A stretch of 64,000 nucleotides of DNA from the human T2T-CHM13v2.0 reference genome, Homo sapiens, in NCBI RefSeq assembly GCF_009914755.1, contig NC_060940.1. The stretch is one strand, 5' to 3'. The notes under the pieces were generated by a model. The model was not told the origin of the DNA and made no database searches. It saw nothing but the letters and a program-made list of their open reading frames with translations. Position 1 is the first letter of the stretch. Each line of letters begins with the position of its first letter. Below, one piece after another: positions 1-18,700 of this stretch. The position numbers and the translations under genes are program-made.

Positions 1-323
1 TCTTGCAAGAGAGGCAGCTGGCAAGAGGACAGAAGCCGGCAGCTGCTGCGTTTTCATCCTGTTTCTGCTCTTGGAGCTGAGGGGGAGAGGTGGCTAGCAG
101 CCACCCAGTGATCAAACTTGCAGCCTGCCTCTCTTGCTTCCTTTTCACAGACTGGAGTGTGCCTGGGTATGGAGAAAGAACATTTTGCTTCTTGCCTCTC
201 AGAGTTTCAAGAACGCCTCACCTGAGTGGCATGCATTCATGGAATGAGTAATTATTACAGTGGAGAACTCCTCACTGTGAATTAATTACACAGATGATAT
301 TCAAGACTTAGACTGGGCTAGTG

Positions 324-840
324 CAGGGGTTAGCAAACTATGGCCCACTGTTCTTGTTTTATAAATAAAGTGTTATGAGCACACAGCCATGCCCATTCAT
401 TTGCAGATTATGGCTGCTTTTGCCTGACAGTGCCAGATGTAAGTAGTTGTGGCAAAGACCAGGTAGCCTAAAAAGCCTAAAATACTTGCTATCTGGGTCT
501 TTACAGAAGACATTTTGTTGTTGTTGTTGTTGTTTTTGAGATGGGGTCTTTCTCTGTCACCCAGGCTGGAGTGCAGTGGTGTGATCTCAGCTCACTGCAA
601 CCTCCGCCTCTTGGGTTCAAATGATTATCGTGCCTCAGCCTCCCTAGTAGCTGGGATTAGAGGCGCCTGCCACCAAGCCTGGCTAATTTTTGCATTTTTA
701 GTAGAAACAGGGCTTTACCATGTTGGCCAGGCTGGTCTCAAACCCCGACCTCAGATGATCTGCCTGCCTCAGCCTCCCAAAGTGCTGGGATTACAGGTGT
801 GAGCCACTGCGCCTGGCCTAGAAAATGTTTTCTAACCTGT
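324..840. mobile_element. MER58-like hAT-Charlie DNA transposon interrupted by an antisense Alu (~530-818)
   Basis: CAGGGGTTAGCAAACTATGGCCC...ATAAATAAAG...TCTTTACAGAA hallmark segments; Alu body with T-rich tail inside. Confidence 0.7.
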
Positions 841-879
841 TGTCTAGTGGGTGCTTTGTAAAGTTTAGTTTTAGGGGGA

Positions 880-2055
880 GCATCATTAATTCATTCAACA
901 AGTATTAACTGAGCATCTCCCCTGTGCTGAGTGCTGCTTGGCATACTGGGGGTTTAGTGGTGTGAGAGAGACCGAGCCTCAGCTCTTAGGAGCACAGTGC
1001 TGATGGAGGACGAAAGGTAAACACACACATTAGAAGTTGTTGGATAATGCCAGGCGTTACGAAGAAAAGAAGCAGAACAAGGCAATGTGACAGAGGATGA
1101 TTGGTATCATGGAAGGTCTCTCTGAGGAGGCAGCATCTGAGCTGAGACCTGAGGAGGGGAAGGGCCAGTTATGCAAAGATCTGGGGGAAGAGCTGCCCAG
1201 GCAGAAGGGACCATAATTGCAAAGGCCCCCAGGAGGAAATGAGCTCCCTGAGTTTCAGGAATAGCAAAGAGGCCAGGGTGGCCAGAGTCAAGTGATTGAG
1301 AGGAAGAGATGAGAACGATGGCAGGGACCGGGTCATGTGGGTGCCCTGGAAAGGAGTTTAGATTTTATTCTAATGGCAACAGAAGGCATTGGAGGGTTTA
1401 AGTAGGGAAAGGGGAGTGATCTGATGTATGTTTTTAAACAATTGCTTCTTTAAATTTTGAGGAGATTGGATTATTGGGAAGCAAGAATGAATTTAGGGAG
1501 AGAAGCAAAGAGGACGTTGTGTTGGTTTAGGCAAAAGACAGCAATGGCTTGGATTGGGGTGATGGAAGTAACAGTGGCAGGAAGTGGTGAGCTTGGGGCT
1601 ATGCTTCAGAGATAGAGCAGAAAGGTCTTGCTGATGTATTTAATACAGGAGGTGAGGGAAGGGAGGAATCAACGATAAGTGAATCGTTTGTTTCTAGCTG
1701 AACCACTGAAATGTGTAGGTAAATTGAGACTTCTGTTTTGGCCATCGTGAGTTTGAGATGCTTATCAGACACCCGAGTCTGCAGCCTGGGTGAGAAATCA
1801 CGGCTGGAGATGAGACGTGGTGAGCTGGGAGTGTTTTTGGATGACAGATGAGGCCACGGGATTGAATAATAGGTATCCTTATGAAGACTGAGAAAAGGAG
1901 AGGGCTGGGGGCCAAGCCCTGGGACAGTGCAACCTTCAGAGGATGGGCGAGGAGGGCCCTGCCCAAGAGACAGAGAGGAAGTGGCCCGTGAGGTAGGGGG
2001 AAGTCCAGGAGAGGACAGTGTGGTGAATACCTAATGCTTTACTCATTCACTGGTG
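880..2055. mobile_element. Degenerate L2 (LINE-2) fragments
   Basis: TTCATTCAACAAGTATT, GAGCTGAGACCTGA, GGAGTTTAGATTTTATTC and related L2-like motifs. Confidence 0.6.
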
Positions 2056-2060
2056 AATGA

Positions 2061-2096
2061 ATGGATGGATGGATGGATGGATGGATGGATGGATGA
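2061..2096. repeat. (GGAT)n microsatellite
   Basis: Tandem GGAT units seen directly. Confidence 0.9.
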
Positions 2097-2899
2097 ATGC
2101 ATGAATATTCCTTAATAATATGGTTGGCCATGGTCCATCCATATGACTCCTACGGACACCATGTTACCATTTCACACTCGTCTTCTATTTAGGAGAAATC
2201 AGACGAAACTGCCATCTTATATATAGGTCAAAAATGGTTTCCATAACCACCCACCTCACATGCTTACTGAAATTCATTAAGTAATAGATGGGGTGGGGGG
2301 CGGGAGGTTTACAGGTCGGCAAAGGAGGCAAGGCTAGAGTGATCCATGTGGCAGTGGATTAGAGTGGCAGGCATCAGTATGAACACATGTTTAGCTCAAT
2401 ATAGATACAGATGGCTACATAGAGAAATATTTATGGATATGTGCATATACACAAATTAGTAAGACACACGTTACTAATCCTGGCTGTCAGCGAAGAGAGC
2501 CTAGAAGCAAGGATACCCCAGTAGCAACAAACCTCTGGTGCCCAGGTCTCTGTTCTCCAATAAACACCATTCTCCAGTAAAAGGAACCAGGCTTCTTGAA
2601 CAAATGTCGATCCTAGGACCGAGGGAGGAAATAGATAAGAAGAACCTGAAGCATCTTGTAGGGTCACAGGGTGAGGAGGCGCGAAATGAAACAAAATGAA
2701 ACTGCTGCAGTGATGGGGCATCTCAGAGGGACACAGGAGCCAATGGAAAAGCTCCCAGGGGTCAAAGCCAGAACAATTTGAGCCCCAAAAAAGTACTATT
2801 GGATTAGAATTCAAAGAATAAATACCCATGATTCCATACTGCTATAAATGATCAGATAAGAGAGAAGAGACAAATCTCCCAGGCAGAAGAATTCCAGAT

Positions 2900-5242
<2,343 letters not shown>

Positions 5243-5926
5243 TGATTCAGTTTAATTTCTGCCGTCTCTTGTAACAGGGCTCCCACGTGCACGGGTTGGG
5301 GCCGTGTGTCTGCCTCTGCTTTCTGAGGCCCCACAGCGTATTGATTCTGCGAAACGTACGTTTCTTTGAAAACAGCGTCTCTTGACATGACAGGAGATCA
5401 CACATCGCTTGTTTTCTGTCCCTTTCATTGCCCTCTGAACATGATAAAATCATGACCTAGTGTCACCGAGGGACCTCAGCATCTCTTGGAAAGAAGGACT
5501 TGCCTTCTTTTTTATCTTTGTCAAGCCAGTGAGGCCAAGTAGAAAATTTTTAGCAGCTTTGGAGCCAGACAGATCGGAGTGCGAGTTCTGCCCGTTATTG
5601 ACTGGACCGTGTGACCCTGGGAGAGCCGCCTAGTGTCTATGAGACGGAGGCTGTTGGGCAAGAAAATGGGGATGGTCCCAGCATTATGGGGCGGTTGTGA
5701 GAATTCAGTGCAATGATGCAGTGCTCCCAGAACAGCTGGTCTAGGGCTTGGCTCATGGGACTGTCCCTTCGCAGAGGCAGCGTGGACATTCCGCTGGTAT
5801 CCACTGGTGTGGCTGTGCCTGTTTGGTCACCGTGTCTGTTCTGATTGGTCGGTGCTCCTGCATGTCAAGAGTTCAATGTTATGAAAATCATCCCTGCCTA
5901 GAGATGAATTCCCCCTTCCCCTGAGG

Positions 5927-5991
5927 TCTAGACTGGTATAGCTGCTTTTGGAGCCTCACCTGCTGAGAGCTCACAGCTGTCCTTCTCTAGA
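5927..5991 (+). ncRNA. MIR3670: mir-3670 hairpin
   Basis: TCTAGACTGGTATAGCTG...AGAGCTCACAGCTGTCCTTCTCTAGA: self-complementary ends, matches the recalled miR-3670 precursor; ~3.5 kb upstream of MIR3180. Confidence 0.85.
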
Positions 5992-6635
5992 GAATCACCC
6001 TCAGATGGGAGCCACATTGCCTGGGATGGGATGCCATGCCCAGTAATGGCCCAGTGACTAACTGATACAGCAACGTGAATGGCTGGTCCCTGCCCCACGG
6101 TGGGGACGATCCTGTGGCGTGCTCTCTGCTGCTCGTGGGATAGGTCAAGGCGGGACTTTAAGGGACCACATTCTCACTCTGCTCTGTCCCCTTCTGCATC
6201 CTGTAGTCCTCACCTCCCTTCTCCTGAAAGCCCCTTTCAAAACAAAAACAAAAACCACATCCACCCAAGTCCCTGTCTCCAGCTCTGCCTCCAGGAAAGC
6301 CGGCGGAAGGCCGCCAGTCTCAGCTGTGACAGATACAGATATTTCTGCATTTCCAGGACTGAGGTCAATCCCTGGGGACCCAGTGAGGCGGTATCTGAAG
6401 GGCCATGGAGCTGGCTTGATGGGGTCTACAGGTAGGCAGGGACCTGGTGGGGATGTGACTCAAGGATTTTTATCAAATATCTTTATCCCCTGACAGATGC
6501 AAAAAAAAAAAAATGAGATCAGACTCCAGGGTTTCCTCCATGCCACACTGTGGCCCCATTGTTTGTTGTGCTATCAGCAGAAGTTGATTTTGCAAGGAAT
6601 GTACACGTGTATGTGATGTTTGAATGCACCTATCT

Positions 6636-6671
6636 GTGTGTGCGTGCATTTGTGTGTGTGTGTGTGCATTC

Positions 6672-6718
<47 letters not shown>
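6636..6718. repeat. (TG)n microsatellite, imperfect
   Basis: Seen directly. Confidence 0.9.
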
Positions 6719-6721
<3 letters not shown>

Positions 6722-7313
6722 AGGATGTGAGCCCCACTTCCGGCCCAGTGCCCCTGCCCAGGCTGGCTCTGCCCTCCTGCTGCTCTGGGCCCCTCAGGCA
6801 GTGACTACCTGGTACATAGGGAAGGCATCAGCATCCCTTATTCATGGGGACTGTATACTGTCTCCACCATATTGGGCCTTTTGGCCTCTTGGACATGACT
6901 TGGCCTCTGCTGGCTTTAAGGGACTGCCAGAGATGCCATCTTCTCTGGGAAATGTTCTCAGCCTGGGCACAGCCCACTAACCACTGCCTGCTTGTCTGAG
7001 ACTTCTCTGTCCAGGAAAACAGCCCAGCCTGACCAGAGATGGGCATAGAGCCATATTTTGGGAAAGACTGGTTGGGGGTCAACTTGGTTTCTGGAACCAG
7101 TTCTGATTTCAGTTGCAGGGGACAGTGAGCCAGTTACTGCCCACTGGCTGCATCCTAAGCCTTCCTAGAGGAGAGCTAGCCTCCTCCTAGGGTTGCCCAG
7201 GCTGGACCACTTCTGCCTGGGTGATGGGTTGGGAGAAAGACGTTAATATTTGGAGCAGTGTTATATTAGTCAGCCCTCCCATTTGCAAACATTAGAAAAC
7301 CAGCTCAAATTAG

Positions 7314-7742
7314 TGATAAAAGAAAATCTCAGCTGAATTAAATTTAAAGTAGTTTAATTGAGCAATGAATGATTCGCGAATTGGGCAGACCCCAGAATCA
7401 CAGCAGATTCATAGAGACTCCAGCGCAGCCACGTGGTGGAAGAAGATTTATGGACAAAAGAAGGGAAATGATGTACAGAAATCAGAAGTGAAGTACAGAA
7501 TGGCTGGATTGTTACAAGTTGGCGTTTGCCTTATTTGAGTACAGTTTGAACACTCAGCAGCGTATGAGCGGTTGAACTACGGCCTCTGGGATTGGCCAAG
7601 ACTCAGCTATTGTTACAGGCGCATACTCCTAAGTTAGGTTTTCAATCTTGTCTACCTATTAAGCTAGGTTGCAATTTGTCCACAAGGACTCAACTATAGA
7701 AGTACGAAGTCCCACTCAGGCCATATTTAGTTCACTTTAACA
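7314..7742 (-). mobile_element. ERV1-class solo LTR, MER57-like
   Basis: TG...CA termini; reverse complement begins TGTTAAAGTGAACTAAATATGGCCTGAG; near-TSD TTAG/CTAG. Confidence 0.7.
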
Positions 7743-8179
7743 CTAGCTTCGGCAACTGTCTCTCAGAGCCCAGGGCAGGGCAGGGATGCAACTGGGCTTC
7801 AGGAAACTTGAATTCATTGACTGTCTCTTCCCCATCTTAGATGCAGTGCTAAGGGCTTTTTAGTAATTTTCTCATTTGACTCTCAAAACAAACTGATGAG
7901 GAAACGGTCTGAGAGTAGTTAGGCAGCTTTTCAAGGTCACACAGATAGTAAATGTCATCACTGGGACTTGAACTCAGGTCTTTCTGACTCTCATGTCTGT
8001 GCAACATGTCATCTCAGCCACTGTTGACACTGTATATGTGGATTAGGGTTGGCTAAACTGCTGTAACAAATAGACCCAACTCGAATGGTGCATGTATGTA
8101 CAATAGGGGTTTATTTCTTATGATATAGTTCACGGTGGTCCCAGGTGAATAAGGATGGGTAGGTCTGCATTTTTCATAA

Positions 8180-8970
<791 letters not shown>

Positions 8971-9427
8971 TGAAGATTCAATGGAATAAATAAGGCAATA
9001 AATGAATGGATGGGGAATGAAGGATGTGGGTTTCCTCCCTCTTGTCTTTCAATAAGCTCTCACCATCAACCTCCCATTGCCTGTTCTCTCTCTTCCCCCT
9101 CTCTCCCTCTGTCTCTCTCTTAGCCAGGAAACCTGGGGTAGGGAGGCTTGGAGCCAGCGGGTGCGTCGGGAGGCTGCGGGTACTGACTGGGGACGCGCAC
9201 GGAGATTGCGGGAGAAGGATCCACGCCGCGGGAGAAGGATCCATGCCGCGGGAGAAGGATCAGAGTGGAGCCTGTGGCTGCTGCAGGAGGAGGAAGCCGC
9301 CGCCTGGCCCACACCACAGGAGAAGGGCGGAGCCAGATGGCACCCTGCCCACCGCTTCCCGCCCACGCACTTTAGCCTGCAGAGGGGCGGAGCGTGAAAA
9401 ATACCTCGTGCGCCTCGGCCGACTCTA

Positions 9428-9521
9428 CAGTGCGACGGGCGGAGCTTCCAGACGCTCCGCCCCACGTCGCATGCGCCCCGGGAAAGCGTGGGGCGGAGCT
9501 TCCGGAGGCCCCGCCCTGCTG
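9428..9521 (+). ncRNA. MIR3180: mir-3180 hairpin
   Basis: Contains CTTCCAGACGCTCCGCCCCACGTCG (5p) and TGGGGCGGAGCTTCCGGAGGCC (3p) arms forming an inverted repeat. Confidence 0.9.
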
Positions 9522-9806
9522 CCGACCCTGTGGAGCGGAGGGTGAAGCCTCCGGATGCCAGTCCCTCATCGCTGGCCCGGTCGCGCTGTGGCGAAGGGGG
9601 CGGAGCCTGCACCCGCCCCGCCCCCCCTCGCCCCGTCCGCCCTGCGCCGCGCGGGGAGGAGGAGGAGGAGCCGCGGCGGGGCCCGCACTGCAGCGCCAAC
9701 GTCCGAGCGGGCGGCCGAGCTCCCGGAGCGGCCTGGCCCCGAGCCCCGAGCGGGCGTCGCTCAGCAGCAGGTCGCGGCCGCAGCCCCATCCAGCCCCGCG
9801 CCCGCC

Positions 9807-9891
9807 ATGCCGTCCGCCGGCCCCGCCTGAGCCGCGGCCTCCGCGCGCGGGCGGGCCTGGGGACGGCGGGGCCATGCGCGCGCTGCCCTAA
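9807..9891 (+). promoter_or_regulatory. Two short upstream ORFs in the 5'UTR (9807-9830 MPSAGPA*, 9874-9891 MRALP*)
   Basis: GCCATG contexts with in-frame stops; the second stop ends 2 nt before the main ATG at 9894. Confidence 0.8.
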
Positions 9892-9893
9892 CG

Positions 9894-10115
9894 ATGCCGC
9901 CCGCCGCGCCCGCCCGCCTGGCGCTGGCCCTGGGCCTGGGCCTGTGGCTCGGGGCGCTGGCGGGGGGCCCCGGGCGCGGCTGCGGGCCTTGCGAGCCCCC
10001 CTGCCTCTGCGGCCTAGCGCCCGGCGCCGCCTGCCGCGTCAACTGCTCGGGCCGCGGGCCGCGGGCTGCGGACGCTCGGTCCCGCGCTGCGCATCCCCGC
10101 GGACGCCACAGCGCT
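9894..10115 (+). pseudogene. PKD1P exon 1 coding part (signal peptide, LRR N-cap), frameshifted
   Basis: MPPAAPARLALALGLGLWLGALAGGPGRGCGPCEPPC; 222 nt = 215+7; GTGAGT donor at 10116. Confidence 0.95.
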
Positions 10116-12312
10116 GTGAGTAGCGGGCCCAGCGGCACCCGGGAGAGGCCGCGGGACGGGCGGGCGTGGGCGCGTTCCCTGGCCCGGGACGGGAAGCAGG
10201 ACGCGGGCCAGGACGCTCCCAGGGCGAGGCTCCGGCGCGGCACAGCGGCCCTGCTAAATAAGGAACGCCTGGAGCCGCGGTTGGCACGGCCCCGGGGAGC
10301 CGAAAAACCCCGGGTCTGGAGACAGACGTCCCACCCGGGGGCTCTGCGGACGCCAGCGGGGGCGGGGCGCGGAGGCCGCGCTCAGCTGGGAGGACAAACA
10401 GTCGCTAATTGGAGAGGAATTGGGATTCGGCCTGGGGCTGCGGGGTACCCGGAGAGATGGGGATGGCTGTAGGGGGCTGCAGGGAAGAGTTCCAGGAGGT
10501 GTCTGGACAAGGATTTGATGGATGTGCAAGAATTGGGCTGATGCTTAGGAAGGGGCGATGAGGTGGGTCCAGAAGAAGGGGGGTGAACGGTGTGAGCAAA
10601 GACCGTGAGGCTGGAGGCTGGCCACGGGAGGTGTGAGGGGTAGGGGCAGGGTGGGAGGTGGGCTCGCGGGTGGGCTGGGGTCATGAAGGGCCTCAGGCGC
10701 TCTGCTATTGGGTTCCAAGGCTATCCTGAGAACAGGGGTGAGGGCGGATTGCCGTGGGGGGTTAAAGCCTTGTCATGTTCGCTTTCGGGAGATAAAAACA
10801 ACAGGTGGCCTTTATGGAGACGCTGCCCAGAGCCAGGTCTGTGCCAGGCTCCTGTTGGGGGTCGTCATGCGGAATCCTGACTCTGACCATCCGAGGCATA
10901 GGGACCGTGGAGATTTGCATTTCACAGATGAGGAAACAGGTTTGGAGAGGTGACACGACCTGTCCCAGGCATCACAGCCAGGACAGGACCTGTCCCAGGC
11001 ATCACAGCCGGGATGTGCATAGCAGGGGTTTGGAACTATGAGGTGCCCAGGACCCAGGGTTGGATTGAAAAGGGCGCAGGGGACTAAGATAAGCAGACAG
11101 TTGTCCCCAGCGCTGGGGAGAGTCTTGGGACCAGTCTGATGCCTTGTATTTCCCAGGCTCCAGGCTCCTCGCCGGGACAGTGTCTCTTTGGGTGCGTGCT
11201 GGATCCCTGGGGGACGTGGCACATCCCCAGGCTTTCTAAACATTGGGTGGGTTCTGGCATTTGGTTTTGTAACGTTTCTGGGTCACTCCCGCCTGTGGCC
11301 ACCCTTCCTTAGGGGAGCCGTGTGTCCTTGGGGCTTTGCTGGGTGGTCTCGAGGGTGGGAGAAGAATGGGTTCTCCTGGACCAATGGAGCCCGTGCCCCT
11401 CGGGGCCACATTGCTCCTGCGCTCCCTGACTGCGGACGCGTGTGTCTCGCGGCTGTCTCTGTGGAGATGGCCTCCTCCTGCCTGGCAACAGCACCCACAG
11501 AATTGCATCAGACCTACCCCACCCGTTGTTTGTGATGCTGTAGCTGAGGGCTCCTCTGTCTGCCAGGCCGGTCACTGGGGACTCTGTCCAGGTCCTGGTG
11601 GTTCCTGCTTCCCAGCACCTGATGGTGTCCATGAGAGCAGCCCCTCGGGAGCTGTCCGGGAGAGAAGGGCGCTGGTGGCTGCTGAGCGGAGAGCAAGGCC
11701 CGTGTTCTCCAGGCCCTTGGCACAGCAGTGGAGCCCCCGCCCCTGCCTTGTGTTGTCCTCTTAGGCTCTGGTCCTGGGGTTTGGAGGAGGGGGACCCTGG
11801 GGGTTGGTGGCCTGTCCCAGCCTGAGCTGGCAAGATTCCGAATGCCAGGCCCCTCAAGTGTGCAACAGGGCACAGGGTGACCTCATGTGGGCAGGTGGGT
11901 GCTGTTCTGTACACACCTGGGGCCGCCGCTGGGAGAGTTCTGGAAGGTGGGGTGAGGGGACCCATGGGAAACTAGGGCCCTAGGAAGGATGTGAAGGCCC
12001 TGGCTGGCCCCCCAGGCCACCCTCTGTGCTGTGGGGCAGCCCAGCCATTTTGCTGTCTACCCTGCAAACTCCTCCTCGGGGAGACGGCTGGGTTTTCCCC
12101 AGGGAAGAGGGGTCAAGCTGGGAGAGGTGAAGGACACAGATCACAGCTGCTGGCAGGTGTTCAAGGGTCCAGGAGCGTTGCTGTCTGGGTGTCACCAGTA
12201 GCCTTCCTGGGGGGCTCACGCAGGTGCCTCTCCACTTGTGGCTCCCTGGCTGCTGAAGCTCAGCAGGGACAGCTGTGTCCAGTTCCAGGTGGAGGACAGC
12301 CGGGGCTTCTGA

Positions 12313-15195
<2,883 letters not shown>

Positions 15196-15745
15196 TTGGA
15201 GGTCTTGTTTCTCTGGGTTTATGCCTCAAGGTGGCGCCTGCTCCGCTGTGCTCCCTGGTAGCCTGGTAGTGAGCCTGCTTCTCACACAGTCATACCTGGT
15301 TGTGGTCCCACAGTGGGACCACCCTGTTGGGTTCAGAACAGGAGATGGGGGCCCCTCGAGTCTGTGTGGGGGCTGTAGACAGGGTTGGGAGACCTTGGCT
15401 CTGTGGGGGACTGTGGACAGGGGATGGGGGGCCTTGGCCCTGCGTGGGATGGGTTGGGGGTCCGTGCCCTTCCTGGCCCTGGGTGGACAGGTCCAGGTGG
15501 CACTCGGCATAGGGCTGAGATGGGTGCAGAGGGCTGAGGCCCCCAGGCCTCTCCCGGCTTGGTTTCCCCAGATGAGTGTTCATTTGGGTCTTCCATCAGA
15601 AAGGCCCCTCCTGACCTCTGGGAGTGGGGAGCTCAAGGGTGGGAGGCCATAGCTTGGGGATGCTGGCAATGTGTGGGATGGGCCCAGGGATGGCCTCTGG
15701 CCTACTAAGGGCTCTGGCCCTGACCCACGGCCACTCACTCCTCAG

Positions 15746-18700
15746 AGACGTCTCCCACAACCTGCTCCGGGCGCTGGACGTTGGGCTCCTGGCGAACCTC
15801 TCGGCGCTGGCAGAGCTGTGAGTGTCCCCCAGTCGTGCCAGCATGCGGGGCTCACTCCGGGTGGGCTGGCGGCACCGCCTCTTGCTGCTCAGCTGTGGGG
15901 GCTTCCGTCAGCTTTGCCGAATCCCCCCTCTCTTCCAGGGATATAAGCAACAACAAGATTTCTACGTTAGAAGAAGGAATATTTGCTAATTTATTTAATT
16001 TAAGTGAAATGTAAGTTGTGGTTCTTTGGGTGGGGTCCTGGCTGGACCCCAGGCCCCCAGTATCCCTTCTGCCCTCCCAGTTGGTCCGTGTCCCCTTCCA
16101 GGCTTGAGACCAGATCCTGGGGGCAGTTCACTACCTGCTTGGAGCCCCCCAGTGCCGGCTTGGTTGGGGCAGGGGAGGCGGTGCTGTCAGGGTGGCTCCA
16201 GGGCCTGGTTGCCAGTGGGGGGCTGGCATAGACCCTTCCCACCAGACCTGGTCCCCAACACCTGCCCCTGCCCCGCAGAAACCTGAGTGGGAACCCGTTT
16301 GAGTGTGACTGTGGCCTGGCGTGGCTGCCGCGATGGGCGGAGGAGCAGCAGGTGCGGGTGGTGCAGCCCGAGGCAGCCACGTGTGCTGGGCCTGGCTCCC
16401 TGGCTGGCCAGCCTCTGCTTGGCATCCCCTTGCTGGACAGTGGCTGTGGTGAGTGCCGGTGGGTGGGGCAGCTCTGTCCTTCCCAGCCAGGTGGGACCTG
16501 GGCCCTGCAGACACTGGGCAGGGCTCAGGAAGGCCTCTCTGGGGGGGGCCTCCGGGCCAAGGGAACAGCATGGGAGCCTGTGAGTGCGGCGGGCGGATGG
16601 GGGGGTGTGGGGTGGAGCCAGGAGGAGCAGAACCCGGGGTCCAGTGGCTGCCTCTTCTAGGTGAGGAGTATGTCGCCTGCCTCCCTGACAACAGCTCAGG
16701 CACCGTGGCAGCAGTGTCCTTTTCAGCTGCCCACGAAGGCCTGCTTCAGCCAGAGGCCTGCAGCGCCTTCTGCTTCTCCACCGGCCAGGGCCTCGCAGCC
16801 CTCTCCGAGCAGGGCTGGTGCCTGTGTGGGTCAGCCCAGCCCTCCAGTGCCTCCTTCGCCTGCCTGTCCCTCTGCTCCGGCCCCCCGCCGCCTCCTGCCC
16901 CCACCTGTAGGGGCCCCACCCTCCTCCAGCACGTCTTCCCTGCCTCCCCAGGGGCCACCCTGGTGGGGCCCCACGGACCCCTGGCCTCCGGCCAGCTAGC
17001 AGCCTTCCACATCGCTGCCCCGCTCCCTGTCACTGCCACACGCTGGGACTTCGGAGACGGCTCCCCCGAGGTGGATGCCGCTGGGCCGGCTGCCTCGCAT
17101 CGCTATGTGCTGCCTGGGCGCTATCACGTGACGGCCGTGCTGGCCCTGGGGACCGGCTCAGCCCTGCTGGGGACAGACGTGCAGGTGGAAGCGGCACCTG
17201 CCGCCCTGGAGCTCGTGTGCCCGTCCTCGGTGCAGAGTGACGAGAGCCTCGACCTCAGCATCCAGAACCGCGGTGGTTCAGGCCTGGAGGCCGCCTACAG
17301 CATCGTGGCCCTGGGCGAGGAGCCGGCCCGAGGTGAGTGTCTGCTGCCCACTCCCCTTCCTCCCCAGGGCCATCCAGATGGGGCAGAGCCTGGTACCCCC
17401 GTCTTGGGCCCACACTGACCGTTGACACCCTCGTTCCCACCGGTCTCCAGCGGTGCACCCGCTCTGCCCCTCGGACACGGAGATCTTCTCTGGCAATGGG
17501 CACTGCTACCGCCTGGTGGTGGAGAAGGCGGCCTGGCTGCAGGCGCAGGAGCAGTGTCGGGCCTGGGCCGGGGCCACCCTGGCAATGGTGGACAGTCCCG
17601 CCGTGCAGCGCTTCCTGGTCTCCCGGGTCACCAGGTGCCTGCCCCACCCCCCGAGGGGCCATAGGTTGGGAGATCTCTGAAGCAGTGGGGCAGAGCCTGC
17701 GGCTGGGGAGTCTCAGGAGGAGGGAGGTGGGAGCTGGGCCGGCCCTGGTGAGCAGGTGGCGCCGGCCGGTGGGGCCGTTCCTGTCAGCTCTGCAGATGCA
17801 GAGGTGGACGCGAGCTGGGGGCAGCCTCCGGACACTCCTGGGCACGCCATACGGGAGGTGGCCTGCACGGGGATCCCTGCCGGTGCCCACAGGCCCCGTG
17901 GGTGGGTGCTGCTGTGAGCCTGGGCTGGTGGGCCCTGCTCTCCGGGCTCTGAGCCTCAGTTTCCCCATCTGGAAAGGGGGACAGTGACGGGGCTCCCAGC
18001 GGGCTGCTGTGAGGGTGGGAGGATGGAGGAGTGCCCTGAGCCCCCTGCCATCCCACACCCGCCCCCAGGAGCCTAGACATGTGGATCGGCTTCTCGACTG
18101 TGCAGGGGGTGGAGGTGGGCCCAGCGCCGCAGGGCGAGGCCTTCAGCCTGGAGAGCTGCCAGAACTGGCTGCCCGGGGAGCCACACCCAGCCACAGCCGA
18201 GCACTGCGTCCGGCTCGGGCCCACCGGGTGGTGTAACACCGACCTGTGCTCAGCGCCGCACAGCTACGTCTGCGAGCTGCGGCCTGGAGGTGTGCGAGGG
18301 GCCAGGCAGGGGCCTGAGACGCTGGCTGTGGTTAGGGGCCTGCCGAGCGCCCGCGGTGGAGCCTGGGCTGAGGAGGAGGGGCTGGTGGGGGGGTTCTCGG
18401 GCGGCTCGGTCCCCAGTCTGTTCGTCCTGGTGTCCTGGGCCCTGGCCCGGCGCCTCACTGTGCACTTGCCACCCCAGGCCCAGTGCAGGATGCCGAGAAC
18501 CTCCTCGTGGGAGCGCCCAGTGGGGACCTGTAGGGACCCCTGATGCCTCTGGCACGGCAGGACGGCCTCTCAGCCCCGCACGAGCCCGTGGAGGTAGTCG
18601 GCCCCCCACGTTCTATAACCTGCCCTCCTGCCTGCCCCTGGAGGCCTCGCCTGCCCTGCCCACTGTGGGTCTCGCCAAAAAACTTGGGGGCCTTAATGTT

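Larger units (their letters stand above)
9150..10450. promoter_or_regulatory. CpG island / PKD1-type TATA-less promoter with multiple GC boxes
   Basis: Very high GC and CpG density, repeated GGGCGG/CCGCCC; PKD1 5'UTR-like sequence GCACTGCAGCGCC starts at 9685. Confidence 0.9.

Noticed and set aside
9024-10472. Overlapping GC-rich ORFs on both strands
   Set aside because: Expected from stop-codon scarcity in a CpG island; only 9894-10115 matches a real exon
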